In this document: positions 38,887-46,746 of the stretch, piece by piece
Position numbering within the stretch: the first letter of the stretch is position 1
Layout: each line of letters opens with the position of its first letter
DNA from: a virus
IMG/VR virus record: IMGVR_UViG_3300035145_001165
Location: 16,458-80,457 of that record
Strand: one strand, 5' to 3'
Length of the DNA: 64,000 nucleotides
Notes under the pieces: generated by a model
Seen by the model: the letters and a program-made list of their open reading frames with translations, nothing else
The model's database searches: none
Told to the model about the DNA's origin: nothing
Position numbers and translations under genes: made by a program

Positions 38887-39055
38887 AACCTTTTTCTACT
38901 TTGCGGCGTCGTTGTTTTTCTTTTAGTTGTTGTTTAGCAACCTTAAGTTGCATTTTCATATACTGAAGTTCTTCATCAGTATAAAGTTCAGGGCGAGTGT
39001 CGGCAACTTTAAGTGCTGCTTTCGCCAGTCTGATCTGGTCTTTGAGTCGGGTCAT
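38870..39055 (-). CDS. Small basic hypothetical protein
   Basis: Likely start MTRLKDQIRLAK at 39055; PELY..EE..YM. Confidence 0.65.
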   Translation of the reverse strand: MTRLKDQIRLAKAALKVADTRPELYTDEELQYMKMQLKVAKQQLKEKQRRRKVEKGFGYDS

Positions 39056-39251
39056 AGTAGGCTTTGTAATATGCAACGATTCCGCTGGAGATCTTATGAC
39101 CCTGTGAGATCCAGTCGTGACAACACTCGTAGATTGCCTGTCCATTATTAGGAATGGTATCACCACCAAACTTCTTCAACAAAATTGCTAGGCACTCTTG
39201 CCGCAACTTCATCTTGTGATCGGAGTAACGCCAGTCAGTCAGGGATTCCAT
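39009..39251 (-). CDS. Hypothetical protein
   Basis: DWRYSD..MKLR...IYECCHDW.SQG; start uncertain. Confidence 0.6.
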   Translation of the reverse strand: MESLTDWRYSDHKMKLRQECLAILLKKFGGDTIPNNGQAIYECCHDWISQGHKISSGIVAYYKAYYDPTQRPDQTGESST

Positions 39252-39456
39252 CGTCATCGTTGATTTCATTATAAGTGAGGGAATTTTTAAACAAATCCTC
39301 GTACTTTACGTTGAGGTAACTGGGACTTCCTTTAGTCTCTCCACCCATAGGAGGAGTATATGCGTCTGGATCAGAGTAAATTTCAGACTCCAGGGCATTC
39401 ACTAAGGACTTGAGATTCTTCAGGATTAGCTTGAGGCGTTCCCGATCGGGTTCCAT
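39235..39456 (-). CDS. Hypothetical protein
   Basis: Start MEPDRERLKLI..NLKSLV.ALESEIYSD at 39456. Confidence 0.65.
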   Translation of the reverse strand: MEPDRERLKLILKNLKSLVNALESEIYSDPDAYTPPMGGETKGSPSYLNVKYEDLFKNSLTYNEINDDDGIPD

Positions 39457-39487
39457 AAGACCTGTTCGTTTAAGTATATAGTAGCAC

Positions 39488-39513
39488 AAAAAAAGAGGGG
39501 TGACAACCCCTCT
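39488..39513 (-). terminator. Rho-independent terminator
   Basis: AGAGGGG-TTGTCA-CCCCTCT followed by a T-tract. Confidence 0.85.
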
Positions 39514-39671
39514 CAAGAACTGATCTTCCAGTTTTTATTGCCACGTGACTTGAGATCAACCCACTTGGCATAGTGTACACCACGGTACGTTAAGAACGCG
39601 AATGTTCTATCTGGATCGTGTTTAGCAGGATCATAGTCTGGAAGGTCATATTGAAATCTGACCTTCAGCAT
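39513..39671 (-). CDS. YRG-motif (DUF4278-like) small protein, 52 aa
   Basis: Not in track; MLKVRFQYDLPDYDPAKHDPDRTFAFLTYRGVHYAKW...; GAGG upstream. Confidence 0.75.
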   Translation of the reverse strand: MLKVRFQYDLPDYDPAKHDPDRTFAFLTYRGVHYAKWVDLKSRGNKNWKISS

Positions 39672-39680
39672 TACCTATCC

Positions 39681-39848
39681 TCACTTGGTATAGGTATGAC
39701 CTCTATAGCAGAAAGTACCGTGTACCTCGTCAGCATCACCTTGCTTGCACTCAAACTTGACACCGCGATAGGTAGTCATAGCAATCTGTGCATCGTGGAG
39801 AGCTGCTGCTTTCTTGATCTGCTTTTTGATTAGAGTAAGTGTGTTCAT
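39681..39848 (-). CDS. DUF4278-like small protein with two YRG motifs, 55 aa
   Basis: Not in track; MNTLTLIKKQIKKAAALHDAQIAMTTYRGVKFECK...FCYRGHTYTK. Confidence 0.85.
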   Translation of the reverse strand: MNTLTLIKKQIKKAAALHDAQIAMTTYRGVKFECKQGDADEVHGTFCYRGHTYTK

Positions 39849-39885
39849 TGTACTGAAATAATAGGGTTGGTTAAAACCCGTTCCT

Positions 39886-40056
39886 TCAGTCGTTTGCGTC
39901 CCAATAGTGACTACACTCAGGCACGGATTCCTTTACGGTCTCCACTAACTCCACAACAATGTGAGGAGGAACCTCTGCTCTGTTCTTTTGGATCCTGAGC
40001 ACTAATGCATCAGCATCAGAACAGATCATATTTGCATAGAGTAAAAACTCAACCAT
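39886..40056 (-). CDS. Small protein (56 aa) embedded in the second aptamer
   Basis: MVEFLLYANMICSDAD...VPECSHYWDAND; ATG at 40056. Confidence 0.7.
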   Translation of the reverse strand: MVEFLLYANMICSDADALVLRIQKNRAEVPPHIVVELVETVKESVPECSHYWDAND

Positions 40057-40093
40057 TGGGATGAACGCTCCGTTCCGCGACTTACTTGCGTCC

Positions 40094-40294
40094 TCAGGTA
40101 AAGGTACCGCTACATTGACCTTCCACTTTTGTCTTGAGATATCCAATCAGATTCCACTTAGATCGTTGATCTAGGTTGGGATCCATTTGAATCTCCACTC
40201 GACGTTGGAGGAACCTTTCACAGGACATATGCCAACCATAAGGATTGGCGTCATCGTGATGGGCAAGGGTCAATGCCAACAGCAGACTTACCAT
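40094..40294 (-). CDS. Small protein (66 aa) embedded in the first aptamer
   Basis: MVSLLLALTLAHHD...MSCERF...EGQC; hydrophobic N-terminus. Confidence 0.7.
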   Translation of the reverse strand: MVSLLLALTLAHHDDANPYGWHMSCERFLQRRVEIQMDPNLDQRSKWNLIGYLKTKVEGQCSGTFT

Positions 40295-40311
40295 TGGATG
40301 AACGTACAGAC

Positions 40312-40341
40312 ATTATACGATGTCTTGTACTATGTAGTCAA
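40312..40341 (-). promoter_or_regulatory. Sigma70-type promoter for the riboswitch transcript
   Basis: TTGACT-18 nt-TATAAT; predicted +1 near 40305, at the aptamer 5' end. Confidence 0.8.
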
Positions 40342-40368
40342 GGTGTTTGGTATACTACTATACCAAAT

Positions 40369-40806
40369 TTATTTTCTGTTTCCCCACTGAACCTTGGGAA
40401 ACGCTGCCTTGACTACGTTCTCGGTGATCCTGTACTTTTTCTTAAGACTTTTATCTTTGGCGAGAAGGAGAACCTCTGCTTCAGACTCGTGTAACCCCTC
40501 CAGGAGACCCACGAACATCGTCTCTCGCTTCAGAGATGTAAGACTATCAGCGCCACCCTTCACGAAGTAGTGGAGCAGTCTGTGCTCTGTGCTGAGGCGT
40601 GCGTGCTCTGTTCCAGCAGGTGCCTCGTTTGGTTTATAAGGAACAGAACCCTCAGGGAGATTAGATTCAATACTTTCATCAAAATTGATGATCAGAATCT
40701 TCCTGAGAGCATCACTGTTATGTTGCTGCAGAAGTTTAATCTTCTGCTCTTTTGTCTTAGCGTTGCTAACTTTTTGAAGGACTTCGGAAACTAATAATTC
40801 AGCCAT
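40369..40806 (-). CDS. Conserved T4-like phage hypothetical protein
   Basis: LPEG.VPY; KRETMF..LLEGLH..EA. Confidence 0.8.
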   Translation of the reverse strand: MAELLVSEVLQKVSNAKTKEQKIKLLQQHNSDALRKILIINFDESIESNLPEGSVPYKPNEAPAGTEHARLSTEHRLLHYFVKGGADSLTSLKRETMFVGLLEGLHESEAEVLLLAKDKSLKKKYRITENVVKAAFPKVQWGNRK

Positions 40807-40826
40807 AGTAAAAGATTTTCTAGTAT

Positions 40827-41054
40827 TTATGCCTCGTCTTCTTCCTCGTAATCCTCGAAGGTGAGAGAAAGAAGTTCGCCAGTATATGCTCTACCTTTAG
40901 AGTCATACATCTCGGGATGATCAAACGGTTCCTCCGCTTCACCCCCATTAAGTGAGAAAACTACATCGTTTCCTACCCAACCAATGATGCCTCCTAGAAC
41001 AAAAAAGATCACACAAGAGACAGCAGAGAAAAATAGTGTAATGGATACTGGCAT
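40827..41054 (-). CDS. Small membrane protein
   Basis: Start MPVSITLFF at 41054; TM helix; HPEMYD. Confidence 0.7.
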   Translation of the reverse strand: MPVSITLFFSAVSCVIFFVLGGIIGWVGNDVVFSLNGGEAEEPFDHPEMYDSKGRAYTGELLSLTFEDYEEEDEA

Positions 41055-41058
41055 CGAA

Positions 41059-41226
41059 TTACTCCTTGTTAATATCCTCCCACTCAATACTAAACTGGAG
41101 ATAGTACTTTTTATGGAAGAGTTTGATGTTGGGGTTAAAAGCGAACCCCTTACGCTCTACCCTGGGTTCGGGTTTCTTAGACCTCCTAAGCATCAACTCT
41201 ATGCCCTTATTTATCTTGGAACTCAT
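41059..41226 (-). CDS. Small hypothetical protein (55 aa)
   Basis: Not in track; MSSKINKGIELMLRR...; ATGA overlap with the glutaredoxin stop. Confidence 0.6.
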   Translation of the reverse strand: MSSKINKGIELMLRRSKKPEPRVERKGFAFNPNIKLFHKKYYLQFSIEWEDINKE

Positions 41227-41468
41227 ACAAATCCTTGCGCTTGGAAATACTTTGCAGTCTCGACAAGACCACCAAGTTGTTGTCCTTTAAAGACAACTTG
41301 AGGGAAGGTAATAGATTCTTTATCAAAGACTTCTAGGATCTGTTGCTTAGTAGCATCCTTACCAAGTTTGATCTCAACGTATTCAAACCCAGCACGTTCC
41401 ATAAGTTCTTTAACCATCTTGCAATACTTACAAGCGGACATAGTATAGATGACAATAGTGTCTTCCAT
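41223..41468 (-). CDS. nrdC: Glutaredoxin
   Basis: CKYC, TFPQV, LGG; start MEDT at 41468. Confidence 0.9.
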   Translation of the reverse strand: MEDTIVIYTMSACKYCKMVKELMERAGFEYVEIKLGKDATKQQILEVFDKESITFPQVVFKGQQLGGLVETAKYFQAQGFV

Positions 41469-41469
41469 T

Positions 41470-41492
41470 AAAAAGGAGGGCATTTGCCCTCC
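41470..41492 (-). terminator. Terminator after psbD
   Basis: GGAGGGCAAATGCCCTCC followed by TTTTT. Confidence 0.75.
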
Positions 41493-41551
41493 AAGTATAG
41501 CACAGGTTTACTGGATTTTGCCAGCACCTATTAGCGGCGACGACACTTTAT

Positions 41552-42607
41552 TTAGAGAGCGTTGCCTCTAGGAAGAACTTCCTCGGGGAACACAAAGTTC
41601 TCGTGAGGTTGATCGACTTGCGCCATCCAGTTACGAAGACCTTCGTTCAAGAGAATGTTCTTGGTGTAGAAGGTTTCAAACTCTGGATCTTCTGCTGCTC
41701 TGATCTCTTGGGAAACAAAGTCATAAGCGCGAAGGTTGAGAGCAAGACCAATAATACCGATGGAAGCTGTCCAAAGACCCATAACAGGAACAAACAACAT
41801 AAAGAAGTGCAACCACCTCTTATTACTAAACGCAATACCAAAGATCTGAGACCAGAAGCGGTTTGCTGTAACCATCGAATAGGTTTCTTCTTCCTGAGTG
41901 CTATCAAATGCCTTGAAAGTGTTTGCATCGTCACCATCTTGATACAAAGTATTCTCTACTGTAACACCGTGGATCGCAGAGAGCAATGCTCCTCCTAAGA
42001 TTCCTGCTACCCCCATCATATGAAACGGGTTGAGTGTCCAGTTGTGGAAGCCCTGTAGGAAGAGAAGGAAGCGGAAAATCGCCGCGACACCGAAACTCGG
42101 CGCAAAGAACCAACTGGACTGTCCGAGAGGATAGATGAGAAAAACAGAAGTAAAGACAGCAATCGGACCAGAAAAAGCAATCGCATTGTACGGACGGATA
42201 CCTACTAGACGTGCAATCTCAAACTGCCTGAGCATAAACCCGATCAGGGCGAAAGCTCCGTGGAGCGCCACAAAAGCCCAGAGTCCCCCAAGTTGGCACC
42301 AGCGGATGAAATCTCCCTGAGACTCAGGACCCCAAAGTAAAAGAAGAGAATGACCCATAGCATCAGCAGGCGTTGACACAGCCGCTGTAAGGAAGTTAGC
42401 ACCCTCCAGGTAACTACTTGCAAGTCCGTGGGTGTACCAACTCGTGACAAACGTTGTGCCAGTAAGCCAGCCACCAATTGCAAGATAAGCAGTGGGAAAA
42501 AGAAGTAGTCCAGACCAACCCACAAAGACAAAGCGATCTCGTTTAAGCCAGTCATCAAGGATGTCAAACCATTCCCTCCTCGGTTGTTGTAGTGTTGACG
42601 CTACCAT
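41552..42607 (-). CDS. psbD: Photosystem II D2 protein
   Basis: [16 protein letters not shown]...[10 protein letters not shown]. Confidence 0.99.
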   Translation of the reverse strand: MVASTLQQPRREWFDILDDWLKRDRFVFVGWSGLLLFPTAYLAIGGWLTGTTFVTSWYTHGLASSYLEGANFLTAAVSTPADAMGHSLLLLWGPESQGDFIRWCQLGGLWAFVALHGAFALIGFMLRQFEIARLVGIRPYNAIAFSGPIAVFTSVFLIYPLGQSSWFFAPSFGVAAIFRFLLFLQGFHNWTLNPFHMMGVAGILGGALLSAIHGVTVENTLYQDGDDANTFKAFDSTQEEETYSMVTANRFWSQIFGIAFSNKRWLHFFMLFVPVMGLWTASIGIIGLALNLRAYDFVSQEIRAAEDPEFETFYTKNILLNEGLRNWMAQVDQPHENFVFPEEVLPRGNAL

Positions 42608-42704
42608 TGTTGTTTACCTTTTTGAATTCCTTTAAGTAGTAAAGTTGTGGCCAAGTATCACGTATGATCTCAGCGAGTTTGTAAGGCGTGTCCTTATCGA
42701 TCAT
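42564..42704 (-). CDS. Small protein (46 aa) upstream of psbD
   Basis: Not in track; [24 protein letters not shown]...; overlaps the psbD start. Confidence 0.6.
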   Translation of the reverse strand: MIDKDTPYKLAEIIRDTWPQLYYLKEFKKVNNNGSVNTTTTEEGMV

Positions 42705-42802
42705 AATAGTAACACACAAAGTAGGGGTAGTGCGACCGTAGAAATGCCTAGAAAAAACCCCGCCAGATATTCTCTGACGGGGCGTAGACTACCATCGTCC
42801 AT
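42701..42802 (-). CDS. Putative 33-aa single-pass membrane peptide
   Basis: Not in track; [33 protein letters not shown]; starts 1 nt after the psbA stop; ATGA overlap with the next ORF. Confidence 0.45.
   Translation of the reverse strand: MDDGSLRPVREYLAGFFLGISTVALPLLCVLLL
42752..42783 (-). terminator. Terminator after psbA
   Basis: CCCCGTCAGA-GAATA-TCTGGCGGGG followed by TTTTTT. Confidence 0.8.
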
Positions 42803-42803
42803 A

Positions 42804-43886
42804 TCAGCCGATAGCAGGTGCTTTAAGAGCAACAGGGGTGTTCTCGACAGCGGCGAGATCCAGGGGGAAGTTGTGAGCATTACGCTCGTGCATAACTTCC
42901 ATACCGAGACCAGCGCGGTTCAGAACATCTGCCCAGGTGTTGATCACCTTTCCTTGCGATTCAACAATGGACTGGTTGAAGTTGAAACCGTTCAGGTTGA
43001 ACGCCATCGTGCTCACACCAAGGGCGGTGAACCAGATGCCAACCACAGGCCACGCTGCCAGGAAGAAGTGCAGCGAACGGGAGTTGTTGAATGAAGCGTA
43101 TTGGAAGATCAGGCGACCGAAGTAACCGTGAGCGGCGACAATGTTGTAGGTCTCTTCTTCTTGACCGAACTTGTAACCGTAGTTTTGTGACTCAGTTTCA
43201 GTCGTTTCGCGAACCAGCGAGGAAGTAACGAGACTTCCGTGCATAGCAGAGAAAAGAGATCCACCGAATACCCCAGCAACACCGAGCATATGGAACGGAT
43301 GCATAAGGATGTTGTGCTCTGCTTGGAAAACAAGCATATAGTTAAACGTGCCGCTGATACCCAGAGGCATACCATCAGAAAAACTACCTTGACCAAAGGG
43401 GTAGACGAGGAAGACGGCGCTTGCGGCAGCGACGGGAGCGGAGTAAGCAACACAGATCCAAGGGCGCATACCCAGGCGATAGGACAGTTCCCATTCGCGT
43501 CCCATATAGCAGAAGACGCCGATCAGGAAGTGGAAGACGACAAGCTGGTAAGGACCACCGTTGTAAAGCCATTCATCCAGACTTGCTGCTTCCCAAATGG
43601 GGTAGAAGTGAAGACCAATTGCGTTGGAGCTAGGCACCACTGCGCCAGAGATGATGTTGTTACCATACATCAGAGAACCTGCAACAGGTTCGCGGATACC
43701 GTCGATGTCAACAGGAGGTGCTGCCACGAAGGCGGTGATAAAGCAGATGGTTGCTGCCAACAGAGTTGGGATCATCAGCACACCAAACCAACCCACATAC
43801 AGTCGGTTGTTAGTTGAGGTCACCCAGGAACAAAAGTTTTCCCAGGTAGATGCGCCTTGCTGGCGCGAGAGAGTTGAAGCGGACAT
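42804..43886 (-). CDS. psbA: Photosystem II D1 protein, no intron
   Basis: [14 protein letters not shown]...[14 protein letters not shown]. Confidence 0.99.
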   Translation of the reverse strand: MSASTLSRQQGASTWENFCSWVTSTNNRLYVGWFGVLMIPTLLAATICFITAFVAAPPVDIDGIREPVAGSLMYGNNIISGAVVPSSNAIGLHFYPIWEAASLDEWLYNGGPYQLVVFHFLIGVFCYMGREWELSYRLGMRPWICVAYSAPVAAASAVFLVYPFGQGSFSDGMPLGISGTFNYMLVFQAEHNILMHPFHMLGVAGVFGGSLFSAMHGSLVTSSLVRETTETESQNYGYKFGQEEETYNIVAAHGYFGRLIFQYASFNNSRSLHFFLAAWPVVGIWFTALGVSTMAFNLNGFNFNQSIVESQGKVINTWADVLNRAGLGMEVMHERNAHNFPLDLAAVENTPVALKAPAIG

Positions 43887-43899
43887 TAAATTAACAGAA

Positions 43900-44008
43900 A
43901 AGTAAGACCATCAGGGAAATGGTGGAGTTACTATTTCCTCACCACCCTCGGGTGAGGATATGAGAGACGTGATTTATACACCCTAGAGGTCTCGGTTTGT
44001 GGGGTGTT
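43900..44008 (-). ncRNA. PhotoRC-II-like cis-regulatory RNA in the psbA leader
   Basis: ACACCC/GGGTGT stem with GAGAC/GTCTC pseudoknot, TCCTCACC/GGTGAGGA and ACCAT/ATGGT hairpins directly upstream of psbA. Confidence 0.8.
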
Positions 44009-44079
44009 TACAACAGTCTAAAAAACGTTACGTTTCTTAACCGATGATTTATTTAGTATACAGGAGTTCGGTTTTCCTG

Positions 44080-45819
44080 TCAAGACTCAGAAGATAAGTA
44101 CTTGTACTCATTAGCAAGCGTGTCCTCGTCCACAAAGTAAACGTAGTCAAGCATTGAATCTTGGAGTGTGTCCAATGCGTCTTGCTTAGTGTGCACCAAG
44201 GGTTTACCTGCGAGATTGAAACTGGTGTTCATCAGAACTGGAACGCCAGTGATCTTATTATACTCTCTCAAGACTTCCGACATAAAACCTGTTGTGACAG
44301 TTTGCATTCTGCACGTACCGTCCACGTGGATGACGCCAGGGATCTCTTGTAATGCTTTCTCTTTAGCATCAAAAGATATGGTCATATTAGGTGACGAGGT
44401 GACACCAAGCGTCTCAAAGTAATCTTGGAAGTATTCTTCCAGGATGATACCTGCAAAGGGGCGATACCATTCTCTCTTCTTAATCAGATTCAGACGGTCC
44501 TTAGCGTCCTTCTGACGGGCATCAAACAGGATCGAACGGTGTCCAAGGGCACGGGGTCCTGCCTCAGGGTTACCATCGTACAGCGCCACAGAGCGACCAT
44601 CAGCAATCAACTGAGCGATCTCCTGTGCAGTAGCACCCTTGCCACCGACCTCAGGTTGTGGGTCTAAGTGATGGTAGAAGGTGTCCAGCATCGGGTGTGG
44701 GGTAGCATCGTTGGTTGCTTTCCTATAGATGTACCACGCTGCACCCAAGCTGTTACCAGTGTCATCAGCATTAGGTTCAAAATAGAAGTTGACATCAGGA
44801 TTATTTGCAATCAAATAATTGTTGGCAACAACATTCAGACCATATCCACCAGTAATAATGACATCTTTTAGTCCTGTTTTCTTCACCCAACGCTGCACCA
44901 TATGATTCAATGCCTGTTGCGTCTGGCGCTGAAGGTGGTATGCCCAGTCAGCATAAGGTTTGTGGTTCTCAGGTGTAACCTTACCTGTCATCTTTGCCTT
45001 AGGATTAGCGACAGTAACACACCAGGATTCGTGAGTCAGGTACTGATCGATAGGAGTTGATCCGATGAACAGTGGAGGGAAGTCCTTAGGTTCACCATAA
45101 GCAGCAAGACCCATCGTCTTGCCATTCTCCATAGGACCCTCACCAATAAGAGTGGTACCACTCTCATATGTTTTGGTGATACCGAAACTACTCTTGAGAC
45201 TAAGTTCGCAACCAGGATACTTTGCCTGAAGTTTCTTACAGAAATCGTAGTAACCCTTGGGTCTGTTGGCGTGCGTCCTAGGGTTGGTAGGATTACGCAT
45301 CCAGAATGCTTTATAAAGTTCCTTATAAAGACAAGGTTGCTGGATTGCATACACGCTTTCTGTTTCTCTACCGATCCACTCTGCTGTAGGGAGACCAGTA
45401 GCAGGATCAACAGCAACTGGTTCATCATCAGGATCATAGATCTGAGAACCATCGCGATCAATCACAAACACCAATGCCCTTTCAAATCCACTGTTATTAT
45501 AAGCATTAAACAAGTGCGAGATATGGTGCGCCGCAGTTAGATCAATGAAATCTGTATCAGGATCTAGATTTAATTTCTTACAGATGTAACAACGATATAC
45601 ATCTAAGTATGCAGGGTGATGTGTCGGTGACTGCATCACCACAGTATTAATAGGACCCTTTGCAGCAGCAATTGCTCTGTCGATAGCACTGAAGGGTTGC
45701 TTATCTCTCTTCTCTCCAGTGTACCTCTCTTCCTTAGCAAAGAATTCAAGTTCACCGTCACAGATAACACAGACACTGGAATCGTGCGCTGTACTAAAAC
45801 CAAGAACTCTATAACTCAT
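44080..45819 (-). CDS. Carbamoyltransferase (NodU/CmcH/TobZ family)
   Basis: HDSS...EERY; HH.SH; GKTMGLAAYG; GG..LN...N; EAGPRALGHRSIL; KKREWYRPFA; HVDGTCR.QT; NTSFN. Confidence 0.95.
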   Translation of the reverse strand: MSYRVLGFSTAHDSSVCVICDGELEFFAKEERYTGEKRDKQPFSAIDRAIAAAKGPINTVVMQSPTHHPAYLDVYRCYICKKLNLDPDTDFIDLTAAHHISHLFNAYNNSGFERALVFVIDRDGSQIYDPDDEPVAVDPATGLPTAEWIGRETESVYAIQQPCLYKELYKAFWMRNPTNPRTHANRPKGYYDFCKKLQAKYPGCELSLKSSFGITKTYESGTTLIGEGPMENGKTMGLAAYGEPKDFPPLFIGSTPIDQYLTHESWCVTVANPKAKMTGKVTPENHKPYADWAYHLQRQTQQALNHMVQRWVKKTGLKDVIITGGYGLNVVANNYLIANNPDVNFYFEPNADDTGNSLGAAWYIYRKATNDATPHPMLDTFYHHLDPQPEVGGKGATAQEIAQLIADGRSVALYDGNPEAGPRALGHRSILFDARQKDAKDRLNLIKKREWYRPFAGIILEEYFQDYFETLGVTSSPNMTISFDAKEKALQEIPGVIHVDGTCRMQTVTTGFMSEVLREYNKITGVPVLMNTSFNLAGKPLVHTKQDALDTLQDSMLDYVYFVDEDTLANEYKYLSSES

Positions 45820-45843
45820 AAAAAAAGGGAGCGCGATGCTCCC
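45820..45843 (-). terminator. Terminator overlapping an extended -10 promoter
   Basis: TGTTATACT-GGGAGCATCGCGCTCCC-TTTTTTT-ATG. Confidence 0.7.
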
Positions 45844-45864
45844 AGTATAACAGGATATTGATAT

Positions 45865-46140
45865 TTAGGGTGCCTTTGAAGGTTCAAAAGGTGACCGATT
45901 TTTATTTTTAATTACAATGAAGGCGTCCTTGTTATATTTGCGGGTACCCTTGACAGGTGCCCACTTAGTACCAGCGCCATCAATTTCATAAACAGAGGTG
46001 CCTGCGATCTCTACAGCAACATCATCACCGTAGTCCCAACCTAATGCTTCCAGAGCAATGGCGAGTTGTCCAAGCATACCTCCAGGATACATTACGTGGT
46101 CTTCCATAACGTGTTCTTCGGGTTCAAGATTTCCGTGCAT
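45865..46140 (-). CDS. Conserved cyanophage hypothetical protein
   Basis: GTKWAP.KGT.KYNKDAFIVIKN. Confidence 0.75.
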   Translation of the reverse strand: MHGNLEPEEHVMEDHVMYPGGMLGQLAIALEALGWDYGDDVAVEIAGTSVYEIDGAGTKWAPVKGTRKYNKDAFIVIKNKNRSPFEPSKAP

Positions 46141-46177
46141 TCAAGTAGGGGCGACCAGTAAAGTATAGCAGGTTTTC

Positions 46178-46285
46178 TCACCAAACGCCAGGGATGACCT
46201 GACCTGTTGTGAAGTAAGCACCAACTGCGGCAATGAAACCAATCATAGCGGCGCGACCATTCCAACGTTCTGCTTTTTCAGTCAT
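46178..46285 (-). CDS. hli: High-light-inducible protein (35 aa)
   Basis: Not in track; MTEKAERWNGRAAMIGF...TGQVIPGVW. Confidence 0.93.
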   Translation of the reverse strand: MTEKAERWNGRAAMIGFIAAVGAYFTTGQVIPGVW

Positions 46286-46427
46286 TGTTTTCTAGTGTGA
46301 GGTTTTTAATGATAATTTTTTCACCATCGTGGGTGAACTGTAGCTCGTCATCAGGATGCCACAGAAGCTCTTCGTACATATCGTCAAGCTTTTGCATATC
46401 CTTCCACAAAGCATCAGGGTCTGGCAT
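46278..46427 (-). CDS. Small acidic hypothetical protein (49 aa)
   Basis: Not in track; MPDPDALWKDMQKLDDMYEELLWHPDDELQF...; lies between the two hli genes. Confidence 0.7.
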   Translation of the reverse strand: MPDPDALWKDMQKLDDMYEELLWHPDDELQFTHDGEKIIIKNLTLENND

Positions 46428-46454
46428 AATTCTAAGATATTTCTTCTAATTATA

Positions 46455-46658
46455 TCAGAAAATACCGAAGAAGAATTTACCAGTGATAGCATATGAAATG
46501 AAACCAGAGATGATACCCATCATCGCCCAGCGTCCATTGTACTTTTCAATGTACTCCTGAGGGGAATCAAGTCCCTTACGGTTGTACTCTTCGACAACCA
46601 TCTGGGGTTCTTTGGCAAACAGATTATTCTGTCCGTACTCATTGGTCGTAACAGTCAT
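46455..46658 (-). CDS. hli: High-light-inducible protein
   Basis: MTVTTNEYGQNNLFAKEP...EKYNGRWAMMG; start at 46658. Confidence 0.93.
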   Translation of the reverse strand: MTVTTNEYGQNNLFAKEPQMVVEEYNRKGLDSPQEYIEKYNGRWAMMGIISGFISYAITGKFFFGIF

Positions 46659-46664
46659 TGAAGT

Positions 46665-46682
46665 ATTGTGAAGAACTGTAAC
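46665..46682 (-). promoter_or_regulatory. HLR1-like (RpaB) direct repeat upstream of hli
   Basis: GTTACAGT-TC-TTCACAAT, 7/8 + 7/8 match to (G/T)TTACA(T/A)(T/A), immediately after TATAAT. Confidence 0.5.
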
Positions 46683-46696
46683 ATTATATAGCATAG

Positions 46697-46719
46697 AAAA
46701 GGGGGGCGTCAAGCCCCCC
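46697..46719 (-). terminator. Terminator after pstS, with a -35-like TTGACG in the hairpin
   Basis: GGGGGC-TTGAC-GCCCCC-CTTTT. Confidence 0.7.
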
Positions 46720-46746
46720 ATCGTTAGGATTCCTTAACAATCCACA

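Larger units (their letters stand above)
39877..40304 (-). ncRNA. Tandem glnA-type glutamine-riboswitch-like aptamers with ORF-sized P2 arms
   Basis: CGTTCATCC[ORF]GGACGCAAGTAAGTCGCGGAACG-GAG-CGTTCATCCC[ORF]GGGACGCAAACGACTGAAGGAACG; P1 CGTTC/GAACG occurs twice; upstream of YRG-motif genes. Confidence 0.8.

Noticed and set aside
40057-40146. Track's 5' extension of the 39886 ORF
   Set aside because: It reads through the aptamer junction and overlaps the upstream ORF; ATG at 40056 fits better.
42645-43905. Plus-strand ORFs opposite psbA
   Set aside because: Codon-bias shadows. An antisense RNA cannot be excluded but is not supported by the sequence.
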